58,634 nt of DNA from a virus. Numbering within the stretch: the first letter of the stretch is position 1; every line of letters begins with the position of its first letter. Location of the stretch: the IMG/VR virus record IMGVR_UViG_3300045988_080144; one strand, written 5' to 3'. Shown piece after piece: positions 30,507-41,012 of the stretch. A program made the translations under genes and the position numbers. The notes under the pieces are model-generated. The model saw only the letters and a list, made by a program, of their open reading frames with translations, did no database searches and was not told where the DNA came from.

Positions 30507-32481
30507 GGCAGCGGCCGATGCGCTGAAAAAAGCCGAAGCCGAACGCCAAGCCAAACGTCGCGGCGCGGCACGTCTGAACAAGGCCATGCGCAAGGCGCTG
30601 GCTGGCATGACGCCGCCTGATGACCTTACCGTCACCCAATGGGCAGAAGCCAAACGCCGCCTCTCTGCTGAGAGCGCAGCCGAACCCGGCCCGTGGCGTA
30701 CAGAGCGCACGCCCTATCTGCGCGAGCCGATGGACGCTTTTACGGACCCAAAGGTTCGGCACATCGTCATGGTGGCCGCATCGCAGGTCGGCAAGTCCGA
30801 GTTTCTGAATAACTGCATCGGCTACATCATTGACGAGGACCCCGGCTCTATTCTATTCATTCATCCCACAACCATTGACGCGCAGGAGTATTCCAAGCTC
30901 CGTATCGCGCCGATGCTGCGCGACAGTCCGGCTCTGCGGCAGAAGATCGCCGCGCCGAAAAGCCGCGACTCTCACAATACGATTCTCCAAAAGGCCTATC
31001 CGGGCGGCATCCTTACGATGTGCGGCTCGACCGAGGCACACGCGCTGGCATCAAAGCCTATCCGCTATGTGTTCGGCGACGAACGCGACCGATGGGCAAC
31101 GAGCGCCGGCAATGAGGGTGATCCGTGGGATCTGGCAATGGCCAGGCAGACCACGTTCTATAATGCGAAGGCCGTCGAAGTATCAACTACGACGATCAAA
31201 AATGCCAGCGCCATCGAAGCTGCCTACTACACAGGCACGATGGAGCGGTGGAACTCCAAATGCCCGCATTGCGGCGAGTACCACGAAATCCGCTGGTCTG
31301 ATATTCGCTTTGAGTACGACGAAATCATCGTCTCTCACAAGAAGACCTACAAGGTCAAGAAGGTGTACTACACCTGCCCCGGCTGCGGCTGCATTTCCAC
31401 GGAAGCGGAGATGAAACGCGCCCCGGCAAAATGGATTGCCGAGAATCCGGAAGCCTACGGCCAAGGAACCCGTTCTTTCTGGCTGAACGCTTTCGTCAGC
31501 CAGTGGGCTTCGTGGGAATCTATTGTCCTGAAATATCTCAATGCGCTCGGCAGCACGAAAAAGATGCAGGTCGTTTTCAACACCTGCTTCGGCGAGCCGT
31601 GGGAAGATCGCGGTGACATCGAGGATGAGGATTCCCTGCTCGCTCGCCGTGAGGACTACGGCAAGGACAAAAACGGTGAGCCGGTAGAGCTGCCGCCGGG
31701 CGTCCTCGTTTTGACGGCTGGCGTTGATACGCAGGATGACCGCATGGAGTATGAGATCGTCGGGCACGGGTTCTTCGGCGAAACATGGGGCATTGAAAAA
31801 GGAATCGTCATGGGACGCCCGGATGATGACGCCACATGGAACAAACTCGATGAAGTTGTGTTCGACCGTGTGATGCGTTTTGAGAACGGCGTCGGCCTGC
31901 GGGTGTCTATGTCCTTCGTGGATGAGGGCGGTCACTTCACGCAGAGCGTTCGCGCTCAATGCAACGCCAGAATCAGCAAGAAGGTATTCTGCATCAAAGG
32001 TATGCCAGGACAGGATAAGCCCTATATCTCGCCGCCGAAAAAGCAGAAGATCTTCGTCAATCAGATCGCTGTCGGCACCTGCTGGCAATATCAGCTCGGC
32101 GTCGATTCCGGAAAGGAAATCATCATGGATAATCTGCGCGTACAGACGCCCGGACAGAAATATTGCCATTTCCCGAAGCGCGACGATTACGGCAGCGCCT
32201 ATTTTGCGGGGCTGCTGTCGGAAACGAAGGTTTATGATCCGAATAAGAAGCAGCCGTGGTCGTGGAAGAAGATTCCCGGACACGAGCGCAACGAGCCTTT
32301 GGACTGCCGCAACTACGCGCTGGCCGCGTTCAAGGCTCTGCCCAAGAATCTTGATGAGATTGACCGCCAGATCAAGGCCGCCTCCGGTGTCCGTGTGCCT
32401 GCTCCGCCCTCGGCGAACATCACACCGCCGAAGCGCCGCACGGCGCAGCGCGGCAGGCAGAAATACTACGACGATTGGTAA
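30478..32481 (+). CDS. Terminase large subunit, lambda GpA family
   Basis: Product LTVTQWAEAKRRLSAESAAEPGPWRTERTPYLREPMD; Walker A-like AASQVGKSE. The start may be ATG 30493. Confidence 0.85.
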   Translation: MRGAAMTKNEAAADALKKAEAERQAKRRGAARLNKAMRKALAGMTPPDDLTVTQWAEAKRRLSAESAAEPGPWRTERTPYLREPMDAFTDPKVRHIVMVAASQVGKSEFLNNCIGYIIDEDPGSILFIHPTTIDAQEYSKLRIAPMLRDSPALRQKIAAPKSRDSHNTILQKAYPGGILTMCGSTEAHALASKPIRYVFGDERDRWATSAGNEGDPWDLAMARQTTFYNAKAVEVSTTTIKNASAIEAAYYTGTMERWNSKCPHCGEYHEIRWSDIRFEYDEIIVSHKKTYKVKKVYYTCPGCGCISTEAEMKRAPAKWIAENPEAYGQGTRSFWLNAFVSQWASWESIVLKYLNALGSTKKMQVVFNTCFGEPWEDRGDIEDEDSLLARREDYGKDKNGEPVELPPGVLVLTAGVDTQDDRMEYEIVGHGFFGETWGIEKGIVMGRPDDDATWNKLDEVVFDRVMRFENGVGLRVSMSFVDEGGHFTQSVRAQCNARISKKVFCIKGMPGQDKPYISPPKKQKIFVNQIAVGTCWQYQLGVDSGKEIIMDNLRVQTPGQKYCHFPKRDDYGSAYFAGLLSETKVYDPNKKQPWSWKKIPGHERNEPLDCRNYALAAFKALPKNLDEIDRQIKAASGVRVPAPPSANITPPKRRTAQRGRQKYYDDW

Positions 32482-32493
32482 GGAGCGTGTTTT

Positions 32494-32751
32494 ATGGCAA
32501 GCAGAATCATCATCGAGAAGCGGCTCGCATTCCGCGAAGCGGCGCTTGAAAAGCTCTATGACGCATACACGGCGCTGGTCGACGGCGGCGTGAAATCCTA
32601 CATGATCGATGACCGGCAGCTCACCCGTTTTGATCTCCCGGCGCTGTCGGAAGAAATTAAGCAGATGGAGAATGAGATCGATCAACTGACATCGGAGCTG
32701 AACGGCAGCAAGCGCCGCAAGGCATTCGGCGTCATCCCCCGCGATTGGTGA
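32494..32751 (+). CDS. Head-tail joining protein, gpW-like
   Basis: 85 aa, located between terL and the portal as in lambda. Product YMIDDRQLTRFDLPALSEEIKQMENEI. Confidence 0.6.
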   Translation: MASRIIIEKRLAFREAALEKLYDAYTALVDGGVKSYMIDDRQLTRFDLPALSEEIKQMENEIDQLTSELNGSKRRKAFGVIPRDW

Positions 32752-32883
32752 CCTTTTTCGTGAGGTCACGAAAATGATAAATACAGCAATTCGCCCGAAA
32801 GGGCTTTTGCACGGGCGCTCTGGCGGAGTTTTCTCCTTTCGCCGCCAGAGTGTCCGTTTTCTATTTCACAGGAGGCGAAAGCA

Positions 32884-34491
32884 TTGAGCAAGAGAAATCA
32901 CAGCCGGAGCGCTGCTCCGTATGCCAAGGGCTATAGCGAAGCTGGTGCGAGCGTCACCCGGCGCGCGCTCAAAGGGTTCACCCCAGACAGCGGTTCGCCA
33001 AACGAAGATATTAACCGCAACAACGCCACGCTGCGCCAGCGGTCGAGAATGCTTTATATGGCGTCGCCCGTGGCCACGAGCGCCATCAACACCAACCGCA
33101 CAAAGGTTGTCGGCACAGGCTTGACGCTGAAAGCGACCGTCGACCGCGACCTGCTGGGGCTTTCTCCGGAGGCGGCAAAAGAGTGGCAGCACAAAGCCGA
33201 GATGGAATTTCGGCTCTGGGGCGGTAAAAAGCAGAACTGCGACGCGCTCGGCCTGAACAACTTCATGGCGCTGCAGCAGCTCGCGCTCAAATCGTGGCTC
33301 ATGTCCGGAGACGTGTTTGTCCTGGTGAAGCGTTACCCGGCGGCGCCGCTGAATCCCTATTCTATGCGGCTGCACGTCATTGAAGCAGACCGCGTTTCCA
33401 CACCTACCAACTTCAGCGGAGGCTACACCTACGGCGGCTTCATGGATGCCGTCGTTCCGGACGGGAATCCCGGCGCCGGTCACCGCGTTTTCGACGGCGT
33501 GGAGGTCGACAAAAACGGCCGCGTCGTTGCCTATTACATCAGCAACACCTATCCGCACCAGATCACGACCGAGAAGCAGGAATGGACGCGCGTCCCGGCC
33601 TACGGTGAGCGCACCGGCCTGCCGAATATCCTGCACATCATGGACAGCGAGCGCCCCGATCAGTACCGCGGCGTTCCGTATCTGGCGCAGGTTATTGAAC
33701 CGCTTCTGCAGCTTCGCCGCTACACGGAATCGGAGCTGATGGCCGCGCTGGTGCAGAGCTTCTTCACGGCGTGGATTGAGACGGAAACCGATCCGTCCGG
33801 TACGCCATTCAATGAAGTCGGTACAGGAGACATTGCCGGCGTTCCGACCGCCAGCCCGGATGGCGCTGGCGCGAGCAATATTTCCGACGATCCCAACGAG
33901 TACGAAATGGGGCCGGGTACGGTAGCGCATCTTGCCCCCGGCGAGAAAGTTGTTTTCGGCAGTCCGAATATCCCGACCGCAGGATTCGAGACGTTCGTGA
34001 AGACAATTTGCCGTCTGGTCGGCTCGGCGCTGGAGCTGCCTTATGACGTACTCATCAAGGAATTCAACAGCTCCTATTCTGCGAGCCGCGGTGCGCTGCT
34101 GGAAGCATGGGAAGCGTTCAAAATGCGTCGGTCTTGGTTCGTGAATGACTTCTGCCAGCCGATCTACGAGCTGTTCATGGCTGAAGCTGTTGCGCTCGGA
34201 CGCATCAATGCTCTGGGCTTCCACACAGATCCGCTCTTGCGCGAGGCGTGGTGCGGCGCTCGCTGGATCGGCCCGGTGCAAGGCTCCCTCGACCCGAAGA
34301 AGGAGGCCGAGGCCGCTCTGATGCTGACCAACCGCGCCATCAAGACGAACGATCAGGTCACGCGCGAAATGTCTGGCGGCGACTGGGAAGAAAATGTCGA
34401 TCAGCTTGCGCGTGAAAATGAATTGCTCGCAGCCATCGGGAGCGTACAGCAGCCAGCAGAAAACACACCGCCTGCGAGCGGTGAAGAGTGA
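32884..34491 (+). CDS. Portal protein, lambda family
   Basis: AGGAGG precedes TTG 32884. Size and position match lambda gpB. Confidence 0.8.
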   Translation: MSKRNHSRSAAPYAKGYSEAGASVTRRALKGFTPDSGSPNEDINRNNATLRQRSRMLYMASPVATSAINTNRTKVVGTGLTLKATVDRDLLGLSPEAAKEWQHKAEMEFRLWGGKKQNCDALGLNNFMALQQLALKSWLMSGDVFVLVKRYPAAPLNPYSMRLHVIEADRVSTPTNFSGGYTYGGFMDAVVPDGNPGAGHRVFDGVEVDKNGRVVAYYISNTYPHQITTEKQEWTRVPAYGERTGLPNILHIMDSERPDQYRGVPYLAQVIEPLLQLRRYTESELMAALVQSFFTAWIETETDPSGTPFNEVGTGDIAGVPTASPDGAGASNISDDPNEYEMGPGTVAHLAPGEKVVFGSPNIPTAGFETFVKTICRLVGSALELPYDVLIKEFNSSYSASRGALLEAWEAFKMRRSWFVNDFCQPIYELFMAEAVALGRINALGFHTDPLLREAWCGARWIGPVQGSLDPKKEAEAALMLTNRAIKTNDQVTREMSGGDWEENVDQLARENELLAAIGSVQQPAENTPPASGEE

Positions 34492-34505
34492 AGGAGGAAT
34501 CGGGC

Positions 34506-35744
34506 ATGAAAATGAAAAATGCGCCGGCTATTTCGATCAGCAAAAAGGTCTATACCATGGCCACTACGGATGAATCTGGCAGCTCGGCCGAGATCACCAT
34601 GTATGGCGACATCTATGAGCAGCAGCCGACAAACTGGTGGGGCGAACCCATCGAGGGGCAGTACATTCTGCTCAGTGAGTTTTTGGAGGACCTCAAGCAG
34701 ATTTCTTCCTGCAAGAACATCACAATCCGCATGAACAGCTACGGTGGCGACGCCGGAGCCTCAAATATGATTCATAACCGCCTGCGGGAGCTTTCCCGGA
34801 GCGGCGCAAAGCTCACCTGTATTGTGGACGGCGTAGCCATGTCGGGCGGCAGCATCATCATGTGCGCCTGCGATACGGTCAAGGTCAATCCGTCCAGCAT
34901 CATTATGATTCACAAGTGCTGGCAGTTTCTTTTCGGCGGCTATAACGCCGATGAGCTGCGGGAGCAGGCTACGCAGCAGGACGCATGGGATAAGATGCAG
35001 TCCGAGGTCTACAAGCGAAAAACCGGGCTTTCTGAAACGGTCATCATGCACATGATGGCAGATACAACCTACATGACAGGTCGTGAGGCCATTGAAAAGG
35101 GCTTCGCGGATGAACTGATTGAAGATGCCGAGCCTGTCGGTATCGCCGCCAGTGCGGACGGGCGCAGCCTGTTTGTGCGCGGCAAGCAGTTTCATCTCGC
35201 TCCGGGTATGTTTGCCCCGGACAACATTCCTACGGTCGATTCCGAGGCAGCGGCCCCGGTTGAGGCGAATAAAAACAAGCCGGAGAATCCCGGCGAAGAA
35301 GGAGGAAACTCTATGACACTGGAAGAGCTCCGGGCAAAATACCCGGACGAAATCGCTCAGGCTGAAGCTGCTGCACGGGCCGCTGTCGATCATACCGAAG
35401 CGGTCAATGCGGCGGTTCAGGCCGAACGGGAACGGATGCAGGAAATTGACGAAGTTGCCAGCCTGCTCGATCCTGCCGACGTACGCGAAGCCAAGTATGG
35501 CGAAAAGCCTTGCACCGCCGCCGATCTGGTGATGGCCGACGCGAAGAAGCGTGCAAAGCAGGGCAAGAAATTCTTGTCCGACCTCAAGGACGATGCCGAC
35601 GAATCCAACGCTGAAGACGTTGGCGCGACGCCTCCCCCCGCTGAGGAAGATGAAGAAGACGATGATGCGAAGAAGACCCCGGAAGCGCGGATGGCCGATG
35701 CAAGAGCCAAGGTTTCTGCGCTGTTCGGCAAGAAGGAGGGCTAA
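34506..35744 (+). CDS. Prohead protease (ClpP/S49-like) fused to a scaffold-like C-terminal region
   Basis: Product IRMNSYGGDAGASNMIHNRL...VDGVAMSGGSIIM; Ala/Glu-rich helical C-terminus. Confidence 0.8.
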   Translation: MKMKNAPAISISKKVYTMATTDESGSSAEITMYGDIYEQQPTNWWGEPIEGQYILLSEFLEDLKQISSCKNITIRMNSYGGDAGASNMIHNRLRELSRSGAKLTCIVDGVAMSGGSIIMCACDTVKVNPSSIIMIHKCWQFLFGGYNADELREQATQQDAWDKMQSEVYKRKTGLSETVIMHMMADTTYMTGREAIEKGFADELIEDAEPVGIAASADGRSLFVRGKQFHLAPGMFAPDNIPTVDSEAAAPVEANKNKPENPGEEGGNSMTLEELRAKYPDEIAQAEAAARAAVDHTEAVNAAVQAERERMQEIDEVASLLDPADVREAKYGEKPCTAADLVMADAKKRAKQGKKFLSDLKDDADESNAEDVGATPPPAEEDEEDDDAKKTPEARMADARAKVSALFGKKEG

Positions 35745-35747
35745 GCT

Positions 35748-36155
35748 ATGACGAACCTGAGCAAGAAACTCGGCGAAATGAATTTCGACGGTCTGTTTAC
35801 GGACGTCGTGCCTGCCGTTCAGGTACGCGGTGGCACCATTCGCAAGCAGACCACTTCTGCTGTCACGCTCAAGCGCGGCACGATCCTCGCAAAATCCTAC
35901 GGCACGGCTGGCGACGGCAAGCTGGTGATCCTCGGCTCCACTGCCGCGACCAATGAAACGCTGACGCCGGATTGCGTACTCTGCGACGATGTTACCGTTG
36001 GCAGCGACGCCGACGAAAAGGTTGCAGTCTACACGGCCGGCTGCTTCGACCCCGATAAGGTGAGCGTCGCTGCCAGCTACAGCATCACAGAAACCGACAA
36101 AGACAATCTGCGTATGCGCGGTATCGTCTTCAAGGACGCTACCGCCGCCAACTAA
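35748..36155 (+). CDS. Head decoration protein (gpD-like)
   Basis: 135 aa, located between the protease and the major capsid gene. Confidence 0.6.
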   Translation: MTNLSKKLGEMNFDGLFTDVVPAVQVRGGTIRKQTTSAVTLKRGTILAKSYGTAGDGKLVILGSTAATNETLTPDCVLCDDVTVGSDADEKVAVYTAGCFDPDKVSVAASYSITETDKDNLRMRGIVFKDATAAN

Positions 36156-36167
36156 GGAGGGAAACCC

Positions 36168-37253
36168 ATGAGTGCAGAACTGAATTTCTTTGATACCTAT
36201 GTCCTGATGGCGATCACCGAAGAAATCGTGCCCCGGCAGACGTTCTTCAAGGACCGCTACTTCCCGACCGGCGATGGCGACATCTTCGCGTCTGACAAGG
36301 TGCTGACCGAGTACCGTAAGGGCGACCGCAAGATGGCGGCGTTCGTATCCTCCCGCGCCGGCGATATTCCGATGGAGCGCCGGGGCTACGAAATCCATGA
36401 GCTTCAGCCCGCGTTCATTGCGCCCTCCCGTCTGCTGACGATGGACGATCTGCGCAAGCGCGGTTTCGGCGAAGCAATCTACGCCAACAGCACCCCGGCC
36501 CAGCGCGCAGCCCGTCTGCAGCGTGACGATCTTGCAGACATGGAACTTCGTATCACTCGCCGTGAAGAGTGGATGGCTGTTCAGACCATGATCAACAACG
36601 CCTGCACGATGCAGTCCTACATCGATGACAAGACTGAGGGTGAGAAGCTGTATGTGCAGTTTTACGACACGACGAGCGATCACATCTACACTGTCAACAC
36701 CAAATGGAACGCAACGAACGAGAAGGGCAAAGCGTTCTTCGGCGACGTGAAGAATATGTGCCGCAAGCTCTCCAAGCGCGGTCTTCACGCAGCCGACCTC
36801 GTGATCGGCTCTGATGTTGCCGACGCGATTCTCGGTCTGGATGACGTCAAGACCCTGCTCGACCGCAACAGCGGCATCATCATCGGCACAATCGATCAGC
36901 AGCTCAGCCCCTATGACGGCGTTGTCTACATGGGTACGCTGAACTTCGGCGGCTTCCGTCTCAACGTGATTTGCGTGGACGAAACCTACGTCGATGACAG
37001 CGGTTCAGAGCAGAGGTACTTCCCCGCAACCTCCGCAATGGTCACGGCTCCCGATTGCGGCCACATGATGTACGGCCAGATCACGCAGATCGATTACGGT
37101 TCGACCGACTTTACCACCTACGTTGCAAAGCGTGTGCCGAAGTTTGTCCTTGACCAGCCCGGCGATAAGCGCAAGCTGCGCCTTGCCACCCGTCCGTTGG
37201 CTGCACCGAAAGATGATTGCCCGTACATCTACGCGGCAAACGTCGTGTCCTGA
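36168..37253 (+). CDS. Major capsid protein, lambda gpE family
   Basis: 361 aa. N-terminus LNFFDTYVLMAITEEIVPRQTFFKDRYFPT. Position matches gpE. Confidence 0.8.
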   Translation: MSAELNFFDTYVLMAITEEIVPRQTFFKDRYFPTGDGDIFASDKVLTEYRKGDRKMAAFVSSRAGDIPMERRGYEIHELQPAFIAPSRLLTMDDLRKRGFGEAIYANSTPAQRAARLQRDDLADMELRITRREEWMAVQTMINNACTMQSYIDDKTEGEKLYVQFYDTTSDHIYTVNTKWNATNEKGKAFFGDVKNMCRKLSKRGLHAADLVIGSDVADAILGLDDVKTLLDRNSGIIIGTIDQQLSPYDGVVYMGTLNFGGFRLNVICVDETYVDDSGSEQRYFPATSAMVTAPDCGHMMYGQITQIDYGSTDFTTYVAKRVPKFVLDQPGDKRKLRLATRPLAAPKDDCPYIYAANVVS

Positions 37254-37276
37254 TCGGCGCTTGAAAGGAGTACGGC

Positions 37277-37729
37277 ATGAAAATTGAAATTATCAGCGGT
37301 TCCTACGGCTGGCGTAAAACCAAGGACGCCATGCCGAAGCTCGTTGAGCGTGGCGGCATCTGCGAGGTGGATGAAGCCGAAGCAAGGCGCCTCGTCGCGC
37401 TCGGCGTCGCAGCAATCGTCCACGAAGCAGACGAAGCGCCTGTTGCAAGCGGCAGCACGGTCGAAAGCGGCGACATCCCCTGCGTCGATATGCCCTGTGA
37501 AGAAAACGGCGCAGAGAGCGACGCAGAAGCCCATCTCGACGCGGAGCAGTTGCAGGAAATGACGGTGGCACAGCTCAAAGAGCTTGCCGCCGAGCTTGGC
37601 ATTGAAACGGCGAAGCTCCGCAAGAAAGATGACCTGATTGCGGCAATCGTCGCTGTGCCCGTCGAGCCGGGCGAGGAAATCAGCGAGGACGATCTTCCGG
37701 AGCTGAGCGCCGACGCGCCGCTGGTATGA
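37277..37729 (+). CDS. Hypothetical head-module protein with a Rho-N/SAP-like motif
   Basis: Product LQEMTVAQLKELAAELGIETAKLRKKDDLIAAI. Confidence 0.5.
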   Translation: MKIEIISGSYGWRKTKDAMPKLVERGGICEVDEAEARRLVALGVAAIVHEADEAPVASGSTVESGDIPCVDMPCEENGAESDAEAHLDAEQLQEMTVAQLKELAAELGIETAKLRKKDDLIAAIVAVPVEPGEEISEDDLPELSADAPLV

Positions 37730-38106
37730 GCAAATTCAAGGATATGGTCGCGCGTGACAACGCGCGGACCTTTATGAACCTTGACGAGTTTGCGGAGAAG
37801 CGGATCGTGGTCTACGACGGCGTGACCTACGACGGCGAGGATCACGCCGGTATTCCGGTCGTGCTGTCCGGGCTGAAAGAGAAAGACCGCCGCCAGCTTA
37901 TGAGCGATCATATTCAGGGACTGTTCCTCGTTTCGTCCGTGCTGCATTGCAGGATTCAGGATCTAGGCGGCAACCAACCGGAGAAAGGGACGCGCATGGA
38001 GATCAGCGATCCCGACGACGCTACTTTCTTCCGACGCTTCTACGTCGCCTCGTCGGTCTGCGAGCTGGGCCTGCTTCGCGTGGAACTGGAGGCGTTCAAC
38101 GAATGA
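37726..38106 (+). CDS. Head-tail adaptor candidate (126 aa)
   Basis: Assigned by position only; overlapping start/stop. Confidence 0.4.
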   Translation: MSKFKDMVARDNARTFMNLDEFAEKRIVVYDGVTYDGEDHAGIPVVLSGLKEKDRRQLMSDHIQGLFLVSSVLHCRIQDLGGNQPEKGTRMEISDPDDATFFRRFYVASSVCELGLLRVELEAFNE

Positions 38107-38813
38107 GCAAGTATTCCAAAGCGTACTTCAACCCGTACTCGGATAGCTTTTCCTGTCGTGTAGCTATTGTATCACCAGAGGTGTTGCAGGAGGCTGAGCA
38201 AAGGCTTGCAGAGTTTCCGGGTGGCATGGAATCAGCAATGAAGCGAGCGATGGCTCGCGCAACCGCGTATCTTCGGACGCAAAGCACGAGAGAGATTCGA
38301 AAAAAATACGACATTTCCCGAAAAGCTATTCGCGCGGAGCAGAACATCAAGGTTAGCTATCGCTATTTCAACGGCGTAGAAGCAAAAATCTCATTTCGTG
38401 GCAACAAAATCCCCCTATTCCGCTATGGCGGCGCATCACCGAGCCAACCAACGGTCAATCCCGATAAGACCGTCATGGCCATTGTCAACGGCAATCTTCG
38501 TCCGGTTCATCCGGGCATTGCCGCGGCTGGTCATCAGCTTCTTTCAACAGCTCCGTTTAAGTTTGATAACGCCTTTGTTGCCACAGTCAAAGCAGGAACC
38601 GGTGGCAAGACTCATACGGGTATTTTTGAGCGGACCGGCGGGAGGATGGCCAACGGTGGCGCAGCGATCAAGGAAATCATGGGTTCGTCTGTTCCCCAAA
38701 TGGTAGGCGGTGAGGACGTGGCTGAAAGTCTTACAGATCAGGCAATGGACAAGTTTGAGGAAAGACTGATACATGAGGTTGATGCGATTGTGAAAGGATG
38801 GGTGCCGGTATGA
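38103..38813 (+). CDS. Neck/minor tail protein candidate (236 aa)
   Basis: ATGA overlap at 38103. Located between the head and sheath genes. Confidence 0.4.
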   Translation: MSKYSKAYFNPYSDSFSCRVAIVSPEVLQEAEQRLAEFPGGMESAMKRAMARATAYLRTQSTREIRKKYDISRKAIRAEQNIKVSYRYFNGVEAKISFRGNKIPLFRYGGASPSQPTVNPDKTVMAIVNGNLRPVHPGIAAAGHQLLSTAPFKFDNAFVATVKAGTGGKTHTGIFERTGGRMANGGAAIKEIMGSSVPQMVGGEDVAESLTDQAMDKFEERLIHEVDAIVKGWVPV

Positions 38814-39301
38814 CACGGCTGAATTTACTGGACGCGCTCACGAGCTTCACGAATGAGGTCATGCGCGAAACGCTCCTTCCCGTGCGGCGGCAGAAGGGCG
38901 ACGAGGAAGAACCTGCCGAGCGCCCGCCGCTGGTCTACCGCCAGCGTCTGCCCGATGTCAAATCCGCTACCTCGAAAGCGCCGTACATTCTGCATCAGAT
39001 CGTCACTGGCGAAGATGAGCAGAAGCCCGGCGAGCCGACGGACAGCAGCGTTGAGGTCCGCTCTCTTTTCTGCGTGTACGGTGAAGACGATCAGGAAGGT
39101 GCGCTGCGGCTGCTTACGACGGTCGAGCATTTCCGTCAAGAGCTTCTGATGCACGGCGTAATCGCCAAGCAGTTTGCGCTGGATCTTTCACAGAAGCTGT
39201 CCACACTCTACTACACCGACAACACCGCACCGTACTTCTGCGCGGAGCTGGTGTCGGTCTGGAAAATCCCCAGTGTCAACAGGGAGGCATTTGCATGGTA
39301 A
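38810..39301 (+). CDS. Neck/tail-completion protein candidate (163 aa)
   Basis: ATGA overlap at 38810; assigned by position. Confidence 0.4.
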   Translation: MTRLNLLDALTSFTNEVMRETLLPVRRQKGDEEEPAERPPLVYRQRLPDVKSATSKAPYILHQIVTGEDEQKPGEPTDSSVEVRSLFCVYGEDDQEGALRLLTTVEHFRQELLMHGVIAKQFALDLSQKLSTLYYTDNTAPYFCAELVSVWKIPSVNREAFAW

Positions 39302-39576
39302 AAGCCAAAGGCAAGGCCGGTGCGAAAAGCGCCGGCTTTTGTATGTACATCGGGCCGAGCATCGTCGGCACGATCCAGCAGGCGCGTATTCTGTACGGTG
39401 ACAAGCAGGACGCGCTCGCGCAGATCTCGGCAGCGGTTGAGAAATATCCGCTGATTGCCACGCTGGTTATCCCCGGCGATCAGGTATCCGAGGCAAGAAT
39501 CAAAGTCAAAACACCCGGTAATCTGCTCTATGTGAATTATCACAAGCTGGCAGACCGGAGAAAGAAGGAGGAGTAA
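39295..39576 (+). CDS. Hypothetical protein (93 aa)
   Basis: Complete ORF upstream of the sheath gene. Confidence 0.4.
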   Translation: MVKAKGKAGAKSAGFCMYIGPSIVGTIQQARILYGDKQDALAQISAAVEKYPLIATLVIPGDQVSEARIKVKTPGNLLYVNYHKLADRRKKEE

Positions 39577-39579
39577 CCA

Positions 39580-40995
39580 TTGAAGCATGGCGTATATGTG
39601 CGGGAGCAGAAAACGAGCGTTTCGACGCCCGTTGTCGCTGAATCCGGTGTGCCGTTCGTTGTCGGCACAGCACCGGTTCACTCCGCAGAATCCCCGGCCG
39701 CGCTCTTTACCCCGGTGCTTTGCACCGACTGGGAAGACGCGGTAAAGAAGCTGGGCTATTCCGACGACTGGAAGACCTACACGATCTGCGAAGTCATGTA
39801 CTCGCATTTCAAGCTGTTCCAGCGTCAGCCAATCATCTTCTGCAACGTGCTTGATCCGAGCACCAACAAGGAGGCCGTCGCGGGCGCGGAAGTCACCCTT
39901 TCCGGCAAGCAGGCAAAGCTGCCGTTCGACGCGATCCTGTCCAGTCTCGTTGTCAAGACGGCATCTTCGTCCGAATCGCCGCTTGTCAAAGACACGGACT
40001 ATGCCGCGTACTACTCGGACGGCAACCTTATCGTCGAGACGATCGAGGACGGCGCAGCCAAGGACGCGACCAAACTCTTTATCAGCTACGACAAGGTCAA
40101 GACGACTGAAATCGGCGACGATGATATTGTCAAGGGCATCGAGGCGATTGACCTCTGCATGGCAACCGTCAGCATCACGCCCGACCTCATCATCGCGCCC
40201 GGATGGTCGCATACCAGCACGGTGCAGGCCGTCATGGCGGCGAAGGCCGAAGTCATCAACGGCATTCTCGGCGCAAAGTCCATCTGCGATATTGACTGCT
40301 CCGCCAGCGGCGCACGCAGCTATGACGCCGTCGCCGCGAAGAAGTCCGCGACGAACCTGATCGACCCGGCTCAGATTGCAGTCTGGCCGCAGGTGAAGCT
40401 CGGCAGCAAGCAGTTCCATCTCTCCGCCCAGCTCGCGGGCCTGATGGCGAAGGTGGACAGCGGCAACGACGGTGTGCCGTATGAATCGCCCTCTAATAAG
40501 GCCCTCCAGTGCGACGGCGCTTGCCTGGAAGACGGCACAGACGTCACCCTCACGCTGGAGCAGGCGAACATTCTGAACGCCAACGGCATTTGCACGGCGC
40601 TCAAGTTTATGAATGGCTTCGTGGCGTGGGGCAACTACACCGCCTGCTACCCCAGCAACACCGACATCAAGGACTATTTCATCCCGATCAGCAGAATGTT
40701 CAAGTGGGTCGGCAACTCCCTCATCAAGACGTTCTGGTCGAAGACGGACAGCCCCATGAACCGGCGCCTGCTGGACAACATCAAGGATTCCGCGAACAAC
40801 TGGCTCGCAGGGCTTGTGGGCAGCGAGTATCTGCTCGGCGCCCGCGTTGAGATCCTCGACTCCGAGAATCCCATGACGGACCTCATGGCCGGTATCGTGA
40901 GAATCCACATCTACATGACGCCGCCCAGCCCTGCACAGGAGATCGACTTCGTACTCGAATACGACACCGATTACGTGCAGAGCGCGTTGGCGTGA
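39580..40995 (+). CDS. Contractile tail sheath protein
   Basis: TTG start. N-terminus KHGVYVREQKTSVSTPVVAESGVPFVVGTAPV is typical of sheath proteins; 471 aa. Confidence 0.85.
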   Translation: MKHGVYVREQKTSVSTPVVAESGVPFVVGTAPVHSAESPAALFTPVLCTDWEDAVKKLGYSDDWKTYTICEVMYSHFKLFQRQPIIFCNVLDPSTNKEAVAGAEVTLSGKQAKLPFDAILSSLVVKTASSSESPLVKDTDYAAYYSDGNLIVETIEDGAAKDATKLFISYDKVKTTEIGDDDIVKGIEAIDLCMATVSITPDLIIAPGWSHTSTVQAVMAAKAEVINGILGAKSICDIDCSASGARSYDAVAAKKSATNLIDPAQIAVWPQVKLGSKQFHLSAQLAGLMAKVDSGNDGVPYESPSNKALQCDGACLEDGTDVTLTLEQANILNANGICTALKFMNGFVAWGNYTACYPSNTDIKDYFIPISRMFKWVGNSLIKTFWSKTDSPMNRRLLDNIKDSANNWLAGLVGSEYLLGARVEILDSENPMTDLMAGIVRIHIYMTPPSPAQEIDFVLEYDTDYVQSALA

Positions 40996-41012
40996 CGAAG
41001 GAGGACTGAACA

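Noticed and set aside
31183-36788. Very long minus-strand ORFs antisense to the terminase, portal, protease and capsid genes (31183..32769, 32866..34281, 34761..36788)
   Set aside because: They lie antisense to strongly supported structural genes and have Arg/Ala/Gly-rich low-complexity translations and no RBSs. This is a typical high-GC shadow-ORF artefact. The same applies to 13301..14308, 17793..18914, 21970..23235, 39211..41013, 48114..49529 and 53984..55180.
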